A stretch of DNA of 64,000 nucleotides from the NCBI GenBank assembly GCA_030141605.1, contig JAQGDQ010000414.1:124001-188000 (forward strand), read 5' to 3'. The notes beneath the pieces are model-generated. The model saw nothing but the letters and a program-made list of their open reading frames with translations. It had not been told where the DNA came from and did no database searches. The DNA is from Tubiluchus corallicola. Its lineage: Eukaryota; Animalia; Priapulida. The translations under genes were made by a program, and so were the position numbers. Each line of letters begins with the position of its first letter. Within the stretch, counting starts at the first letter, position 1. Below, piece after piece: positions 1-30,677 of the stretch.

Positions 1-45
1 CTCTGTAGAATATGGCCGTACAAGCCTAGCTAATCATTAGATGAC
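1..45 (-). other. Probable 3' splice site of the next SoxD exon (exon would start at position 2 and run out of the window)
   Basis: Minus strand reads ctaatg...catattctacag|AG, a branch-like ctaat plus acceptor. The preceding exon ends in a strong donor without a stop. Confidence 0.35.
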
Positions 46-69
46 CGTTGATTTTCTTTTTCAACATTC

Positions 70-222
70 ATAATCAATCGCTACCAAAATTGAAAGCGTT
101 TTTCGTTGTCCCATGCCTCACCCCTCCATTAGGTTCAGCAGAAATTGGTAAAGTACTTTTGTGTAATTTTGTTAACAAACAACTGGCGATGAAAACATTT
201 TAACCGCCTTGGAGAAGGTAAA
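70..222 (+). mobile_element. 3' part of a non-autonomous Helentron/DINE-like repeat
   Basis: Shares ccaaaatt...ttgtcccatgcc...gaaatt...gtaat...aacaaac with 57541-57850 and ends in gaaaacat..aaccgccttggagaaggtaa, a short hairpin. Confidence 0.45.
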
Positions 223-564
223 AAACATCGCAAACCCGACGTTTACTAACAACTTTCTTTTCGTTTTCTGAGGAGTTATTTTTACACTAGAAACAGATGA
301 AATTTATCTGTACATTTTTAACAAAATCAAATTTATGTATCACCAGCCTAGAGGTTCCATTAAAATTCACATATAACAATTTTGGAATTAAAAATTTTGC
401 TTTTACCGAAGCTATGTCCACAAGATTCCAAATCAGTGCGAGTTTCTTTTACTGAATAAGTCTAAGAAGCTAACCAATATACGTATGTATAGTATCTTTA
501 TCTAACCAACAATAGCTGTTGGTGACCCATAACATCATTATTTGTTGACTAAAGACTGACTTAC

Positions 565-18466
<17,902 letters not shown>

Positions 18467-18566
18467 CTGCAATAAATTAGAAAAAACATACATGAGAAAG
18501 CAATAACATGTAAAAATGCGCAACTCAAAATTCCCATATCACCATTTGCGCAACTACAGGAGAGAT

Positions 18567-19292
18567 AACAAGTTCGACTCGAACTATTAGTCGAGGAACT
18601 GAAAATCGTGAATTAGAAATGCCGTCAGTGCTGCCATTTTGAATTTAAGATGGCAAATCAAAAATTTGCTGTGGAACCTGTGAAATTCAATAAATGCGGA
18701 ACCTCCTCTAATATATTTGCGTAATGTTTCATGACAATCCATTGCGACAATAGATTGGCGATGCCTTGTCTTGTTTCGAAATTGACGTTATTGCCGCCAT
18801 CTTGAACTCAAAATGGCAGATCAAGAATTCGGCTCCGTCAGTCGATGCGGAATTTGTTCTAGTATATTCCTGCAATGTTTCATGATGATCCATTACGAAT
18901 TGGCAGAGCTTTAGCCTTTTTTCAAAAATAATGTTATCGCTGCCTTCTTGAATTCAAAATGGCAGATCGAAAATCTGTTTGTGTCAGTTAATCCTAAATT
19001 CGCCCTAGTATATTTCTGCAAAGTTTCATGACGATCCGCTACGAACTGGCCGAACCTTGGTCTTTTTCGAAAATAATGTTTTCGCCACCATCTTGAATTG
19101 ATTGTGGCAGATCGAAACAGACTCCGTACTTCGATGCAGAATTCGTTTTAGTGTATTTGTTGAATGTTCCATGACGACGGTGTAACCTTAGTGTTTTTTC
19201 AAAAAGGCGATTCCCAACAACAAGAACAAGAACAACGTCTAAACGAGCAGCGATTTGGGTCGAGTCCTTTCATCAAAGACTTGACTATAATT
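18567..19292. mobile_element. Helentron/HINE (pearl/DINE-1-like) non-autonomous element carrying four ~145-160 bp tandem monomers
   Basis: Palindrome agttcgactcgaact at 18571-18585; four monomers starting near 18631, 18793, 18939 and 19084; an (AAC/AAG) microsatellite; terminal hairpin gtcgagtc...gacttgac at 19259-19285, whose arm is inverse to gactcga at the left end. Confidence 0.7.
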
Positions 19293-20664
19293 ATTTTAGC
19301 GACCAGGAGAAGAATTTAATCAACTGTCTTTAAATTCAGATAAGGTTGGGCGTTTCACATTAAACATGTAGTAATAAACTAATTAGTAGTACCTACTAAC
19401 TATTGTCCGTACGAATCACACAGTCTCGTTATTTTAAGATGTGGAACAACTCAGCAGACTGTATGTAAGTAGTAATCGTCGAACCTGGTAGCTACGTTTG
19501 TTTATATATTGAATGTATAATACAAAAATTATAGTAGTATTTTAGTGTAGCTTTCATTGTAGTATTTTGTATTTGTGTGATATAATGTTTTTGTATGTTT
19601 TTTGTATGGCTTTATGCTGAAATAAACTAATCTAGTCGAATAAAATCTAATCTGGTGGGCAAGATACTCAAGCTGAACCCGTTATTCACTTGTACGCTTC
19701 ACTTCACTTCACTTCACTTTTAACTGAAGTGGAATTTGGAATTTTTTCCCTAACTATAGCACACAATAGTATATTAATGTAGTTCTGTTACAATTATTAT
19801 AACTATATTTGATTTTTTCCTAGTTATAGCGCATAACAGTTATAAAATAATAAAGCAATTTATAATATAAAATTATTCGGTGAAGTAGATACGCGACATT
19901 AATTGACATTCTGCAGAAGTGGTGTAGAACTTGAAGTATTGCTTTTTTTCTACAATTGAAATGAATAGCGCCCTGTTGAACATTTTTATATCGAAAGCAA
20001 GTTTTTCAAACCGAGCACTCTTTTATGCATTAAAGGCCATTTCGCTGGTGCAAAATTGCAAATCTGACAAATAATATTCAGTGATACTCAAGATCTCATT
20101 TTCTGCGAATTGCACAAAGCTAAGTGTGTTCACGCAAGTCAAGTAGAAAATGGGATTACCAACTTACTACCACTACACTTATACATTTATAACTGTTTGA
20201 GTTTTAAAAAAGAAGCCCACGTCTATCACACTTTGACGAACAGCTTTATGGGACAGGTTCGACAAATATCAAATTTAATAAACGTTGATATAAAATCGCA
20301 GATTTGATAAAGTTTGGCCATTTGTTTCAGAAAACAAAAATTAAGTTGAGCAGTAAAAACCTCGTTCTGCTTGCGCCACAAGCATCCATGAGTGGTTATA
20401 AGATCTCTTTGCAAGTGTCGTGATAGAGCTGATCTATTCCTAATACGATTTTTACGTTTTGTAAGATGTATTTTAAAGTGAAGGGATAATATTTGACTGA
20501 TGTGGCGAAAATTTGCTTATAAAGTGGAAATCGAGTTTGTCAAGTGAAGAATCAACAACAGGCTCCCTTTTGCAGGAAAGGCATCTCTGTGTGACCTCTA
20601 TGAATAATAAAGTGAGTCGAAGAAGTAATAGGAGGAAGAAAAAGAAAGCAAGGGCTAGATGACA

Positions 20665-20667
20665 GAG

Positions 20668-20716
<49 letters not shown>
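20665..20716. repeat. (GATA)n(GA)n microsatellite
   Basis: Directly visible. Confidence 0.9.
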
Positions 20717-20717
<1 letters not shown>

Positions 20718-21899
20718 GGGAAGCCAGACAGAACACTTCTAAGAGACAACAGCAAACAAGTCAAAGGCAAAAAACACAGCAAATTCAAAAACATATTTGC
20801 GTTACATTATACTTCGCAGCTGACGTGAATTATTTCAAGATGGCTGCGCGGCTATTCAAAAAGTCGCAGATGTCGAGGGCCTTTTGGCGGCGTGGCTACG
20901 AAACGTTATTGTAATATTTTTGTAGATGGTAACAGATAATCATAAATGTGCAAGAATTTATGGCTAATATTAACGCGGTGGCCATCTTGTGTCGGTGAAT
21001 TATGGGTCACAAGAAAAGGACGCAAAAGATAACAGCTTGCACTCACTGGGCGCCATGTTTTGTTTGTTTGGTAAGAATGGCTTCACGAAATCAGATTGTC
21101 TCAAGATAGCAGTTCAGCGAGGCTGGGTTTCTTTCTGTTTAAGCCTAAGATCTTCATCAAACATAAATTATAACGTTTTGAATAACAGTCTACTTCAAGA
21201 AATTAAAACTTGCCAATGTCGTGGCATTACCGTATAATAATTTTAAAAAGGAGCAATAATAAAAAAAATTGCCAAAAGGAAATTTCTTTAACTATCAACA
21301 CCACAGCAGCCACCATGGCTATCACTGCCAAAAATTGTTTTCATTATGCGATTGCTTTAACCTAGTTGAAAAATTAATCGTTCATGATTTGGGGTCAACC
21401 TACGATTGATTTGGCTGTGGACTTGTTACTAGATATGTAATTGTGAATGAATGTGAAGTTGTCCAAATTTCTAGTGCTCAGTAAAACTGAATGGGAATCA
21501 ATATATGTGAGTATAATAATAGAAATGTCGTTACACGAAAGTTGCGCGTTCCTCCCTATAATGTTTCTTTCCACACATGACTCCATGTGGCACATAGCGC
21601 ATTAAAATTACCGCGTCAAAAAATTGAAAGATTTTCACAAGTTGCCAAGGTTCTTAACGGCAAAAGTGCAGCAGAAAGATTAGAAACTTAGCAATGTTTT
21701 AATCTTAAGTTCCTAATCAAAGTTCGAGAAAAATCTTTATGACAGAAATTTTAACAATTAATAAAAAAATCCTTGAGTTAAGAAATTCAAATTGGCTTTC
21801 AAACGTCGCAGGACAATCATAAATTAAGTGAAGCAGACAAAGGCAAAAGAATAATAGCGCTTGCAATGCCGTGATATCAGAAGAAACAGACCATTACAA

Positions 21900-22112
21900 A
21901 ACTCGTGGCGTTCACCATTACATTGGATTGGGCATGCACTAAGACTACCTCAAGAGTCTCCTCTTTCTATAGTAAAACTCTTAAAACGACAAAAAAGCTT
22001 AGAGGGGGTCAGCTACTGACAGATATACTGCAAAAAGTACAACTCTAGATTTGAGGGATGACGCATTGTGGGCAGTGGCGATGGACAGGAATGCGTGGTA
22101 CAAACAGGTGGG
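21900..22112 (+). mobile_element. RTE-type LINE 3' fragment
   Basis: Translates in pieces to LHWIGHALRLPQESP, KKLRGGQ and AVAMDRNAWY, typical of RTE-clade ORF C-termini. Confidence 0.65.
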
Positions 22113-22486
22113 ACGTGCCATGTTTTAGAACGAAACAGCACCTAGACGACGCGTCACACACGACGTTACGTCACAAAACCGGACACAACACGTTACGGTA
22201 TTTCGGTTTCCTTATTGTATTTTTTTATTAATGATTTCTATTTAACTAAATTTCACAAAAATTCAAGATGCCAACTTTAAGATGCGTTAAGGTAAGTTAA
22301 GATGGTTCTTCAACTTTGAGTGAACAAATGTGGATTTTTAAAGCGTACGCGCCAAGGAAGCAATCGTTCATAGTAAACACCAGCTGAACTCGAGTACTAG
22401 AAAACTCGTAAAAACACAGAACGCAAGAGAGTCGTTACTTTCGACGAAAAGCAACCACTTTATGGATTTTACTGAATGAATGAACG

Positions 22487-23430
<944 letters not shown>

Positions 23431-23431
23431 T

Positions 23432-23630
23432 CACTTCATTATGCCTGGTCCCAGATTCAGTAGTTTGCAGCCCAAAATTCACATTTAGGTACCTGTCGTG
23501 AGGCCTTAGGGAATGGTCTTACCATTGTTTGAGATCTTGAGGCCATACCATTGTTTGAGACCCTTCCCGGGTGTCTATCCTGCAAGTTTCCTGACTCTAG
23601 GTGTCATAGTTTTAGAGTTATTCAAACTTA
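23432..23630 (+). mobile_element. Interspersed repeat fragment shared with 45380-45655
   Basis: tatgcctggt, gtgtcta.cct...agtttc.tgactctag and ttttagagttattcaa occur in the same order at both loci. Confidence 0.55.
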
Positions 23631-24042
23631 GCCAAAAATTGTATACGTTGTATAAAAAATATGAATTTTAGTTGAATTATGAAATATGAAATATGAATTA
23701 AATGAGAGTGTGTGGTGTTTTTTAAATTAAATGCTTTATCCACTTGTATGTAACTAATATCTTTGTCTATTTTTGTTATCAGTGTTTAATGTTTATTTTG
23801 TTTTTGCCACTAATCTACTTATTTTTTTAACAGAACCGCTTATGTATCTGTACATGTGCGTTCGAAAAAATGATGTTAATAAAGTACTAATGCAGTGCAG
23901 AAACAATTTGTTGCGTACATGTTGTTTGTATGTAGTCTGTGCTGTGTGTGTAGTTTTAGTATCTGTATACGCTATAAATTTTTTAGTAATTTATTGTAAT
24001 AAGACACTAATAAATATGAAAGGCATGAAACATATATAACTA

Positions 24043-24062
24043 ATACATATACATATACATAT

Positions 24063-24099
<37 letters not shown>

Positions 24100-24162
24100 T
24101 ACGTACATATATACACATACACATACACATATACGTACACGTATACACATTATACATATATA

Positions 24163-24193
<31 letters not shown>

Positions 24194-24195
24194 AT
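24043..24195. repeat. (TACA/TACACA/TA)n microsatellite
   Basis: Directly visible. Confidence 0.92.
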
Positions 24196-27100
24196 AAATT
24201 ACATGTATACATAACATTGATATATACAATGATATACATAACATTGATTGGCACATAGACACACGTATACCTTCTGTTGATTTGTCAACCATCATACAGC
24301 TAAATTAAAGGTGGGCCTTTTCAGCGCCCAAGTTGCAGATTGTTAATCTGTGTGTAGAGCTTGAGCACTGTGCAATGTCAGATAGTAATGACGTCTTTCT
24401 CTGAAAGGAGAGATGATAACACGACGTGATGCATGTGGTGCCATTCAAAGTCAGTTTTAGGTTACAGATTTATTGTCGAAAATTATAATACATCACGAGC
24501 ACCCTCGGCAGAAGCCACACGCTCTACACGAGGTTTCACTAGCACTTTCTCTCTTGACGACTAGACGCCAGTTACTCGTAAGAAACAAAACGTTGGTAAA
24601 GTTGTGTACTCATCAACATACTACTACAGCATTGTTTTTAAAATAACGAAAAACTGTAAAAAGAAAAAAGGAGAAGAGGGCGTGGGAAAATGACAATAAA
24701 AGGAAAGAATGAATTAAGTAATGCGCAATAAATTTTTTCTATAATAAGTAAGGAAGAAAGTAAAAAAGTAGAAAAAGATGAAGTGAAAGAAGAGATGGAA
24801 GAAAAAATGGAGAAGCAAAGGAAAAGAGGAAAAGGACGAAGAAAACGAGACACAAAAAGACACGGTAAAAGATGATAAATTAAACATACGCATAGAGTCA
24901 TGACTAAGTAGAGTGTTAATTTCAAATAAAGAAAGAAAGTAAAAACATTGTAGCAATTCCTAGATTTTTAAATTTTGTGGCCAAAATTATCCAATCTGGT
25001 GGCCGACATTACATCAACTGGCCAAGATTGCCCTAATTTAAACTCCACAGAGTGCGCAAACAACGCAACAGAGATTACACTAAACAGAGCAATACAATCC
25101 ATTTCTTTGCTTTCGTACAAAGCAGACAAATCCAACGATAGATTTGCTAAGGCGGTACATAAAATACTAATGATTATAGGTAAATTACCAATAAATTACA
25201 TGTATACATGATATTCATATATAGACACGTATACCTTCTGTCAACCATGATACAGCTGAACCATTATCTGCAAATCATTGAAGAAATCTAAATGTGGCCG
25301 ACATTACCCCAATATACTCTAATTATTATGGTACTAACTTTTTTCCACGATTTCAGGTTAAAGCTGATACTACCAAATGCTTATGAAGAAACATGCGGTC
25401 TTTCATTCACTGTATAACTGATACTTGGCAATGATGTACGTTTGGATAATGTCAATAATATCATTCTTAACAATAACACATCTACATAGCTGTTTTTGCG
25501 TTTATCTGTTTAAATATATTCTACCTGACCTAATTCTAATCTTAATAAATTTTTGCACTAAAATACACTTTGGGCTTTGCAAAACTTAATGTTTGCAGCT
25601 ACACATGGCGGCCAGTATACTTTGTTCTGCGCAAGATTTACAGCTATCCGGTCAAATTAGCTCTCACTGACCCCCGCGGCCGGCTTTCAAAAAGGTCTTC
25701 AGTGCTTACGAGGCTAGTTGTGCTGGTCTGTAGCCACGTAAAGTCAAGAATTGGGTTTCATTTCGACTGCTTATATAAAGACAGATCTCAGCATGTCAGG
25801 AGAAATAACAGCTGCCCAGAACAGAGCCGAATAAAAGGCCAACTTTGTGTGTGTGTTTGAACGGACGGCTAAATCGCACTGTTTATTATCCTGGGTTTCT
25901 ACTTCAAACAATATCCCAAGCCGGAATTAGCTTCATGTGTTTATGGTTACTTGAGTTCTCCGAGTCTTATACAATTTTCGCCTATTCATTTTTGCATAAT
26001 CTGCAGTTGTGAGTAAAAAACTTATACTAGAAAACAATAACTAGCGATATTATTAATCACAATTATTATTCATTACAGGCCCAAGCAATCCAATCCGAAA
26101 AATAGAAAAAGAGCATTTTAATTGACAGAGATCGTGAACTCCTACTGTACTGATGCATCGGCACCACACATGAAATCTGGTGAGAATTCTTTATGCAGTA
26201 ATGTGTAATGTGCAGTTCTTTATGCATGCGCATGCAGTGTGCATGAGTAATTCTTTATGCAGTAAAGTGCAGTTTGGTGCACTTAAAGTCGAGCTGACCT
26301 ATGCTACTATATATAAACTGCATAAAACTAATCGTAATATCACGTAGATTTGCATAAAATTATTCTCATTTTACTTGTAATACCGAGACGTTGGTTTAGT
26401 TAGACATGTAAAAAGTATAACAGTCAAAACAGTTAGTTCCTACTAACTAAAGATAAAATTACTTTCGAAAACCGCTTATTTTTGTGTTAAATAATAATTA
26501 TTCACCGTTGAGCTATCCCCAACAGCACAAGCTCACTGAGTGCTCCAAGTAATCTTTGCCATGCCAAATTTAAATTAATCATATTGTTGACCTCAGGTTA
26601 AGTTCGCAGTGCTGATCTTAGAGAAAGATAAATGTAAATACTAATCGTTCTTATCAAAAAAAACCTTTAAACTATCAACCTGCCAGAAGTTGCGAAGTGC
26701 AAAATTTGTAGTATGTTGTTATAGTGAAGCGTTTCACAGTAGCCTTGAGTAGCGTCGTCAAACTCCAAAATGATCGGTCCAACGGAAACTTCAGTGAGCA
26801 AAGCAGCTTTCGACCATTACCAGTTATAAATAACAATTTGGACACGATCTACTGTTCTAGTAACATCAACCATCATGCCAACGGGACAGAGGAAACTCAA
26901 GAAGATCTCTAGCTTTGTGGAGCTATACACTGTCTGGAATGCCCCTGATGACCAGCGTTACAAGAGCTTCTAGGAGTGCTAATCTTCTGTTAAATCTTAT
27001 ATAGGATTACTTGAAGTGTTTAAGGCAACACGAGCAAAATCCCCAGGATTCTCAGGACACGGTTAGCTAGAGGCAGACCAGCTGTTTTTCAGCTCATAAA

Positions 27101-27615
27101 GGCTCGAAAATGCGGTCACTTTACTATGAAAAACTGACAGTTAAGTATTGTCTAAGTGTTGCAACAACAAGTAGTACTAAATACTTTCTGTATGTCTGCA
27201 CCTTAACTTGAAAACTAAACCTTAATTAAACAGAAATAACACAAACTGAAAATACATTAACAATTATTTATTCATTTTCTGCAATTAGGGGGCTTATGCG
27301 TCTGAAATAAACATTTGTTTTATAACTAGAAAAACACTTGAATTCTATTGTCTCAGAACAGGATAATCTGACAATTAACTTCCCAAATAAGCCAATACTG
27401 ATTATAGAGTCCTGTCACATAATGCTGCGTATTTTAACTACAGCTAAACTGACAAACCCAGTACGCGATATGTGGCACATTGAAGTGACATCACAGTGCT
27501 GATGGTATTTAGAAGAGGAAATAACTCAGTTTTTTTCTGTTTTTTTGTGGATAAATCTCAAATAAAGTGTTCAGTCAATCAATCGGTGGGTCATGGCTCG
27601 CTACATATGGCTCGC

Positions 27616-27852
27616 TGGTTGTTGTTGTGATGTTGATGGTGGTGGTGGTTGTGGTTTTGGTTGTTGTTGTTGCTGGTGGTAGTGGTTTTGGTGATGGTGG
27701 TAGTGATGGTGATGTAGTGACGTTGTGATGGTGGTGCTGGTGGTGGTGCTGGTGACGGTGCTGGTGCTCGTGCTGGTGGCAGTGACGGCAGTGGTAGTGG
27801 TGACATTGGCAGCGGTGGTGGTGATGGTGACAGTAGTAGCATAGTAGTAGTA
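27616..27852. repeat. Degenerate (GGT/GTT/GAT)n trinucleotide tract
   Basis: Directly visible. Confidence 0.9.
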
Positions 27853-28518
27853 AAATATATTTTTCTACATAAAATACAAAATGCAAATAAAAATTAACCT
27901 TCAAAGTAAAGCAATTTAAGCGCTTATTTCTGCAGTTCAGCAAACCGATTACCAGCCCTCAACGGCTAAACCTATTTAAGGCAGGTAGCTGTGGCAGAAC
28001 CAGAGTCTTACTCATTATCAAGGTAGTCCTCTGAGATGAGCCGCTGAACCAACAGAGACATTTTAACCACGCTTCGACGCGTGTACACCAAGACCTTAAT
28101 CACTGTGATTTCCTCGCTCAAAAACATCACTAAGTCTTACTAATAGCATAGGATCTGACAAGGTAGAAACAAAACCGGGACAAGAAATCACCACTATATT
28201 ACTAGTTGGTAAAGGATAAAGAGTTTAGTTGGATCAGATTAAGTTTGGGTTACTTGGGTGGTTGGGTGGTAAGTCAAATGTTGTGGTTCATTTTTAAATG
28301 TAACCTCCTAAAAGTGTGCTAATTAGGAGCGTTTTGTTAAATGACTAACAGTCATTGCAACATTTTATTGTCAGGCCGGATAGTTTGCAACAATAGCATG
28401 AGTTATATTGGTAATAAATTATGAAGCTGCTAATTATCATTGCAATGCTTGAAATAATGTCGCAAAATCTGTGCTTCGCGTTTGTAAAAGACATGACTTG
28501 AGACAAGTGATGACCAAG

Positions 28519-28519
28519 G

Positions 28520-28572
<53 letters not shown>

Positions 28573-28622
28573 GTGGTGGTGGTGGTGGTGGTGGGTGGTG
28601 GTGGTGTTGGTGTTGGTGTGGT
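28519..28622. repeat. (GAT)n(GGT)n microsatellite
   Basis: Directly visible. Confidence 0.95.
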
Positions 28623-29125
28623 GATTTTCTTCTTTAAGGAGCGCAAAGACCTAACAATTATACTGATTGTAAATGAATTCGAAATTTTTGAACGAATTTT
28701 AATTGTAACTGTAACTGTATTTTCATTGTGTAATATTTACGAAAATGTCTTGTTTTTAACGAGTTTTTCTCGTTTTTTGCTCCGATTTTCTATTTTATTT
28801 GTAGTTTTCATTTTCCATTTTTATTTGCTGCTAATTCAAAAAAATAGTTAAAGCTCGAAATGTATAAACTAGAATCCGCAAGAAAATAACACACTGTACT
28901 GTCACTTCGAATGTTCGCAACTTTTTACGACACTATCATTAACGTGGGTTTGTTTATTTGCCTGCGCAGAATCAAGTTTGCTAAAAATGACTTTTCATAA
29001 TCACATTTATATAAAGGAGAAAGAAGTTACAAATTTTTTCACACAAACAGTGTTCCGAACTCAAAAGATGCCGAAGTGAACTTATAAATTATTAATGAGA
29101 GTTAAACAGAAGTCTCGGCGATTAC

Positions 29126-29480
29126 CTTTATTCTTCGTTTGGTCCACTAAATTTATTAGTTTGCAGACTACCATTTTGCGTAATCATCGTCTCTTCATAA
29201 ATTAAACACTCAACACTAACAAATCTAAATTCTACCCACATTCTAAATACAAGCAGTTTTGTAAACTATTTACCTGCTTAAGTAATACTTTATTGGTAGC
29301 CAATTCTTCCTCCCCTTTCGTCCACCTTCTACATAAATGGCAATTAATTAACACCACAGGAATTAATTGAAAATGCTGAAAGTATATCAGCAGCATCAGC
29401 AATAATACTCATTTCGGCTGCATCTCTAGTGACAATGCTGTCTTTCTGCTTCCTCGACAAACAGATGTAGCGTGCAGCAG
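29126..29480 (-). other. Candidate non-coding 5' exon / promoter region of SoxD
   Basis: Good donor AAAG|gtaatc at 29126 on the SoxD strand in repeat-free sequence. Exon 18466 starts with an acceptor, so an upstream exon is expected. The 5' boundary is a guess. Confidence 0.25.
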
Positions 29481-29761
29481 TCTACTTGTTGCCAAATTTA
29501 GCTCAGAGGAAGGATGCTATCAAATAGGACCCAAGCTATTATGAAATGAAGCCGAGTAGTTCGAACAGCTTATTGTGTAGGGGTGTGAGGCTCGTTTATT
29601 AGTGCAATGGGCTGTTATTAAACGCCTTTTGGTTTGGTTTGTGTGTTTGCTTGCCTGTTTGTTTGCTCGTTGACTGGAATCACTGCTTAATTTATTGTTT
29701 CTTATTTATTTCCTTTTTTTCTTTTGATCTTTTTTACTTTCCTTCGTTTTCTTTCCTCCTT

Positions 29762-29892
<131 letters not shown>

Positions 29893-30478
29893 TTATCTGT
29901 TTTTTATTTCTCACTTCATGCTTTTGTAAATAGTACAGCCTTGTGCCTCCCCTTTCCTTTTTCTATTGTGTTTGCCATCTTGGCACTTGTCATGTCACGC
30001 AAATCTTTCTTTAAGCTTTAACTTTTTCAACTTAATCATACAAAGCAGGTGCATCACTAGAACTAGATTCACACATTTTCAGACGACATAATTGTTTAGT
30101 TTATTAAAATAACACAAACTGCTAAGCCTTTGATTTAAATCATAAATTTGTTGTAAACAGAAATATATTCATCACATTGCTAGTGTAACAGCGCGTTTAC
30201 TACGAGTTCACTATAACTTTTTTTACGAGCACGTGTGCAATCTTACCGGTTATCTATATGTGCAGTCTCGAATCGCTATAAAATCTAAAAGGTACCAGTA
30301 AAATCTCTAAGTACGACATGGAATTAATCATAACTTAATTACTAAACCACTCCTCAATCGTTACGTCTTATTTTACGAAAATTTATACTTTCCAGCGCAA
30401 GTAGTTCATTAACATGCAGATATTAAAGCAAGAGTTGACGCCCCATTATTATTTCAATACAATCCTATATATAAAGTG

Positions 30479-30677
30479 GCGTTTACTTGGCATCCGGAAT
30501 GCGTATGCGCTTCAGGGGTGTGGAATAGATAAAATCTGTTCATTTTGTTTTCAATGCACCCGTTTATCAGACATGCGCTATGCATAATTTTTTCTACAGC
30601 TATTTCGTAATGATTTTTTATACGCAGCAATTCTGCGGGTGAATAACGCATACGCATTCCGGGTGGTAGGTAAACAC
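30479..30677. mobile_element. MITE, ~200 bp, with 29-bp terminal inverted repeats
   Basis: Left gtttacttggcatccggaatgcgtatgcg versus reverse complement of right gtttacctaccacccggaatgcgtatgcg. Confidence 0.75.

Noticed and set aside
18467-18537. Hydrophobic N-terminal extension MGILSCAFLHV... on the SoxD ORF
   Set aside because: It is the intron polypyrimidine tract upstream of the acceptor; the conserved start is MSSKRK.
18620-19200. Regularly spaced palindromic repeats resembling a CRISPR array
   Set aside because: The spacers are homologous to each other (tandem monomers), there are no cas genes, and the context is eukaryotic.
27575-27943. His/Pro/Thr-rich ORFs
   Set aside because: Degenerate trinucleotide repeat without a clear exon structure.
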